From: Nitrosopumilus sp.
Lineage (GTDB): Archaea > Thermoproteota > Nitrososphaeria > Nitrososphaerales > Nitrosopumilaceae
Length of the DNA stretch: 64,000 bases
Assembly (NCBI GenBank): GCA_965238275.1
Contig: OZ250186.1
Location: 2,152,669-2,216,668, forward strand
Reading direction: 5' to 3'
Positions 61,453-64,000 of this stretch are shown here, piece by piece. Below the pieces are notes generated by a model. It did no database searches, was not told the DNA's origin, and was given only the letters and a program-made list of their open reading frames with translations. The position numbers and the translations under genes are program-made. Numbering within the stretch: position 1 is the first letter of the stretch; every line of letters begins with the position of its first letter.

Positions 61453-62797
61453 ATGCAAACAGATCAATGGGGGCACGCCCAGACGATCCTTATGTACCAC
61501 CAAAAAGATCGCCTGAGACGCGATATGATGAACAATGGCAAAATATATGAATCTGTTGAGAAGGTGCTGAGAGAAAGCATCGTGCCGTCCGCCGAGGTCT
61601 CCAAAAGGTACAACGCGACATATGGCGCAAGCTGAGAGAAAGCATCGTGCCGTCCGCCGAGGTCTCCAAAAGGTACAACGCGACATATGGCGCAAGCGAC
61701 TTTAACGTGCTGCATGCCGCGATGCTTGACACTTCGGTCGGCGGATGCAGCTTCGCCATGAGAGAAATCACGGCGCAGTCCATCGAGAATCCAAGATATT
61801 CACGTCATTCTCCAAGCGACGAGTGGTTTCGCGATATCCTGTCCAAGACGGACGAGGGTAAGGCGCTTGAGACTTTTAACCAGGCGGTAAGGGCACAGCT
61901 GGATGAGCTTTACCTGTTTGGCAGGCTGCCTGATGTGCTTGATGTGGCCATCGACATGCACCTGATACCGTGCCACAGCAAGAAACTTGGCTCTGACCTG
62001 AGAGGCGGAGAGCGCAAGAGCGGCACCAACAGATTCGAGGCGTACATCACGGCGCAGTGCGTCAACTCCAAATCGCGGCTTATCCTTGCGGCCCTATACG
62101 TGGACAAGTCCTCATCCGTGCACGAATCCCTGCGTGAAATCCTCAATTCGTGCCTAGAAAACGTCTCCGCCGTCGGATCCAGGCTGGGACTGATCCTGGT
62201 TGACAGGGGCTTCTTTTCAGTGAACTCAATATCCGAGATTGAGCGTCTTAGCCTTGAGTACCTGATGCCGTGCACCAGAACCAGTAGGGTGAAAGACTCG
62301 CTGCGCAAGTTCGTGGCCAAAACGCTCGGCCCCATCTCAAAATCCGACATGACGAATTCTGACAAGGCAGCGGTTCAGTACCACATGATCATAGCAGAGA
62401 AGAAGAGAGTAAGGAAGGAAAGTGAGGGGGCGAAGAACGGGGACAAGAAGGCAGGTGCGCCGGAAGATCGATACATTGCGTTTGCCACCAATGCCCCGTG
62501 GTGGATGTAGAGGAATATTCCAAAAGGTGGACCATCGAGACATGCTACAGACTGGTAGAGAATGCCAGGGCGAAATCGTTCGGCAGCAGTAGGCCTGCCC
62601 GGCTTTTCTGCTTTCTGTACTCGCTGATGCTATTCAATGCGTGGGTGCTGGTAAACGCGCAGCTGGCCAGCTTTCTGAAGCTGCGTGACGGAGTCCTTCC
62701 GGTGACGCAGCTGTATATGAAAATTGTCACGCTAATAGCAATCTATCGGAATATTACGATTCAGCCCGAGCCACCGCCAGATCCCGTGGCTCCGTGA
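61453..62797 (+). pseudogene. ISH3-like transposase with two frameshifts
   Basis: AIDMHLIP, VDRGFFS, AFATN, YSKRWTIETCYR; broken by a 65-bp duplication and a 1-nt indel near 62500. Confidence 0.85.
61567..61696. repeat. Tandem duplication, 65-bp unit
   Basis: CTGAGAGAAAGC...GGCGCAAG at 61567 and 61632. Confidence 0.92.
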
Positions 62798-62846
62798 GCA
62801 CATCTGGGATTACTGTGTTAAACTCCATATCCCTTTTCTTCCAAGT

Positions 62847-63338
62847 TCACTTCATGATCTGAATGTACTCAAACCCCTCGTCTTGGTGGGGTGATTCTAG
62901 TTCTTTGTGTTTGCCGTCAAGAATATAGTCCTCTAGTGCGTCCGGCCTGCATCTGTTTTGCTCGTATGCACGGGAGATGTTCTGGAAGAACACGACGTTT
63001 ATCGTGGCGCCGTACTTTCGGCCCAGTTCCACGTGGCGGCGGCGTATTTCGTGGGTTAGGTTGGTGTCGTCCACGACTATGTTTTTGCCCTCATCCAGCG
63101 CTTCGGTTATCAGAACATGCTCAATCTTTCTTCCTCTGCTGAGAGCACCACTAGGGAATTCGGAATACGTGTCAAGTATTTTTTGTTGGCGGACACGGCT
63201 CCACTTCTTGATGATATCCAAGGATACGTGGACGTGGCTTGAGAAGAGTTTTCTAGACAGCGTGGACTTGCCGCTTCCAGGAATGCCGACCATGAGGATT
63301 ATTTCCATTGGTGAGTAGGTGGACTTGTCGCTAATCAT
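62847..63338 (-). CDS. P-loop kinase (AAA_33 / polynucleotide-kinase-like)
   Basis: GIPGSGKST, VVDDTN, R..R lid, ESPHQDEGF. Confidence 0.82.
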   Translation of the reverse strand: MISDKSTYSPMEIILMVGIPGSGKSTLSRKLFSSHVHVSLDIIKKWSRVRQQKILDTYSEFPSGALSRGRKIEHVLITEALDEGKNIVVDDTNLTHEIRRRHVELGRKYGATINVVFFQNISRAYEQNRCRPDALEDYILDGKHKELESPHQDEGFEYIQIMK

Positions 63339-63426
63339 TGTTTTGCGTGATACATACGTAGATTCTGCTACGTTATCGTTATTTGCGCCCCACCATTGAC
63401 ATGGCTTCCATAGATGCATTTGTGTT

Positions 63427-63900
63427 TTATTTCTCAAATTCTTTCCAATATTTTTCCATCAAATCTCGATATTCTTTCAACGTGATTCTTGTCATTTCTC
63501 TTTTGTGGACTCCAAATTTTTTAAATGAAATTGTTCTGTTAGAACAAATTTTCCCATTATTCCAATCTTCCATATCAAAATACCAAGTTGTTGATTCGGG
63601 ATTCTTAAAATCAACATCGTCTTCAAAGCCAAAAATAAGAAAATGGCATCTACCATCTGCATTTAATTTCTTGTACAATTGTTCAAAAGCAATCATTTGG
63701 CCGACGGGAAGTCTAATCCAATCTTTTGAAAAAGTTTTGTTTTCCATCACAATAAATCCACCTCTATGCTCAACTACCCAATCAATGTCAGTTCCACCAG
63801 TTGTTTTCATACCCACTTGCGCTAATCCCCCAAGTTTTGATCTTTCATCTGCAAATTTTTCTTTATCAAAAATAGTATGTTTTGGATTATAATCTGACAA
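63427..63900 (-). CDS. Hypothetical protein, probable PD-(D/E)xK nuclease fold
   Basis: TDIDWVVEHRGGFIVMENK followed by GQMIAF; AT-rich DNA. Confidence 0.55.
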   Translation of the reverse strand: MSDYNPKHTIFDKEKFADERSKLGGLAQVGMKTTGGTDIDWVVEHRGGFIVMENKTFSKDWIRLPVGQMIAFEQLYKKLNADGRCHFLIFGFEDDVDFKNPESTTWYFDMEDWNNGKICSNRTISFKKFGVHKREMTRITLKEYRDLMEKYWKEFEK

Positions 63901-64000
63901 TGATCATTCCATGTAATTTTAAAATTTAAGCATAGCTGATTTCCACTCTGTTAACTCATCAACACCTGCACGCAACTGCGGCAAAGTCATGGCTCTGGTA

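Larger units (their letters stand above)
61422..62815 (+). mobile_element. ISH3-like (IS4-related) element
   Basis: 18-bp TIR CAGTAATCCCAGATGTGC; 5-bp TSD TGTTA (61417-61421, 62816-62820). Confidence 0.88.

Overview
Chromosomal segment of an ammonia-oxidising archaeon (Nitrososphaerota/Thaumarchaeota, Nitrosopumilaceae-like proteins but relatively GC-rich; a host-associated lineage is plausible but inferred). The backbone is housekeeping: rpl10e, the exosome superoperon (SBDS-rrp4-rrp41-rrp42-rpl37ae-pcc1-pfdB-XPF), rpoD-rpl18e-rpl13-rps9, two LeuC/LeuD-type pairs, cofE, 2-oxoacid:ferredoxin oxidoreductase, the distal spc operon (rpl18-rps5-rpl30-rpl15-secY-adk-DUF106-cmk-cbf5), argF, ftsY, pfdA, tRNA-Gly(GCC) and an intron-containing tRNA-Ser(GGA). 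About a quarter of the window (~15.7 kb, 13 elements or remnants) is insertion-sequence DNA from IS66, IS5, IS3, IS481 and ISH3 families, most with TIRs and target duplications readable in the sequence, including a nested IS stack at 11101-16832. The most unusual feature is a catalytically intact TnpB with no TnpA, enclosed by 23-bp imperfect terminal inverted repeats each flanked by TA (4565-6050). This resembles an IS630/Tc1-mariner-type non-autonomous element rather than an IS200/IS605 element. Frameshifts in rpl10e, a GT2 gene and a matrixin gene need read-level checking. All calls come from reading the sequence; no database searches were run.
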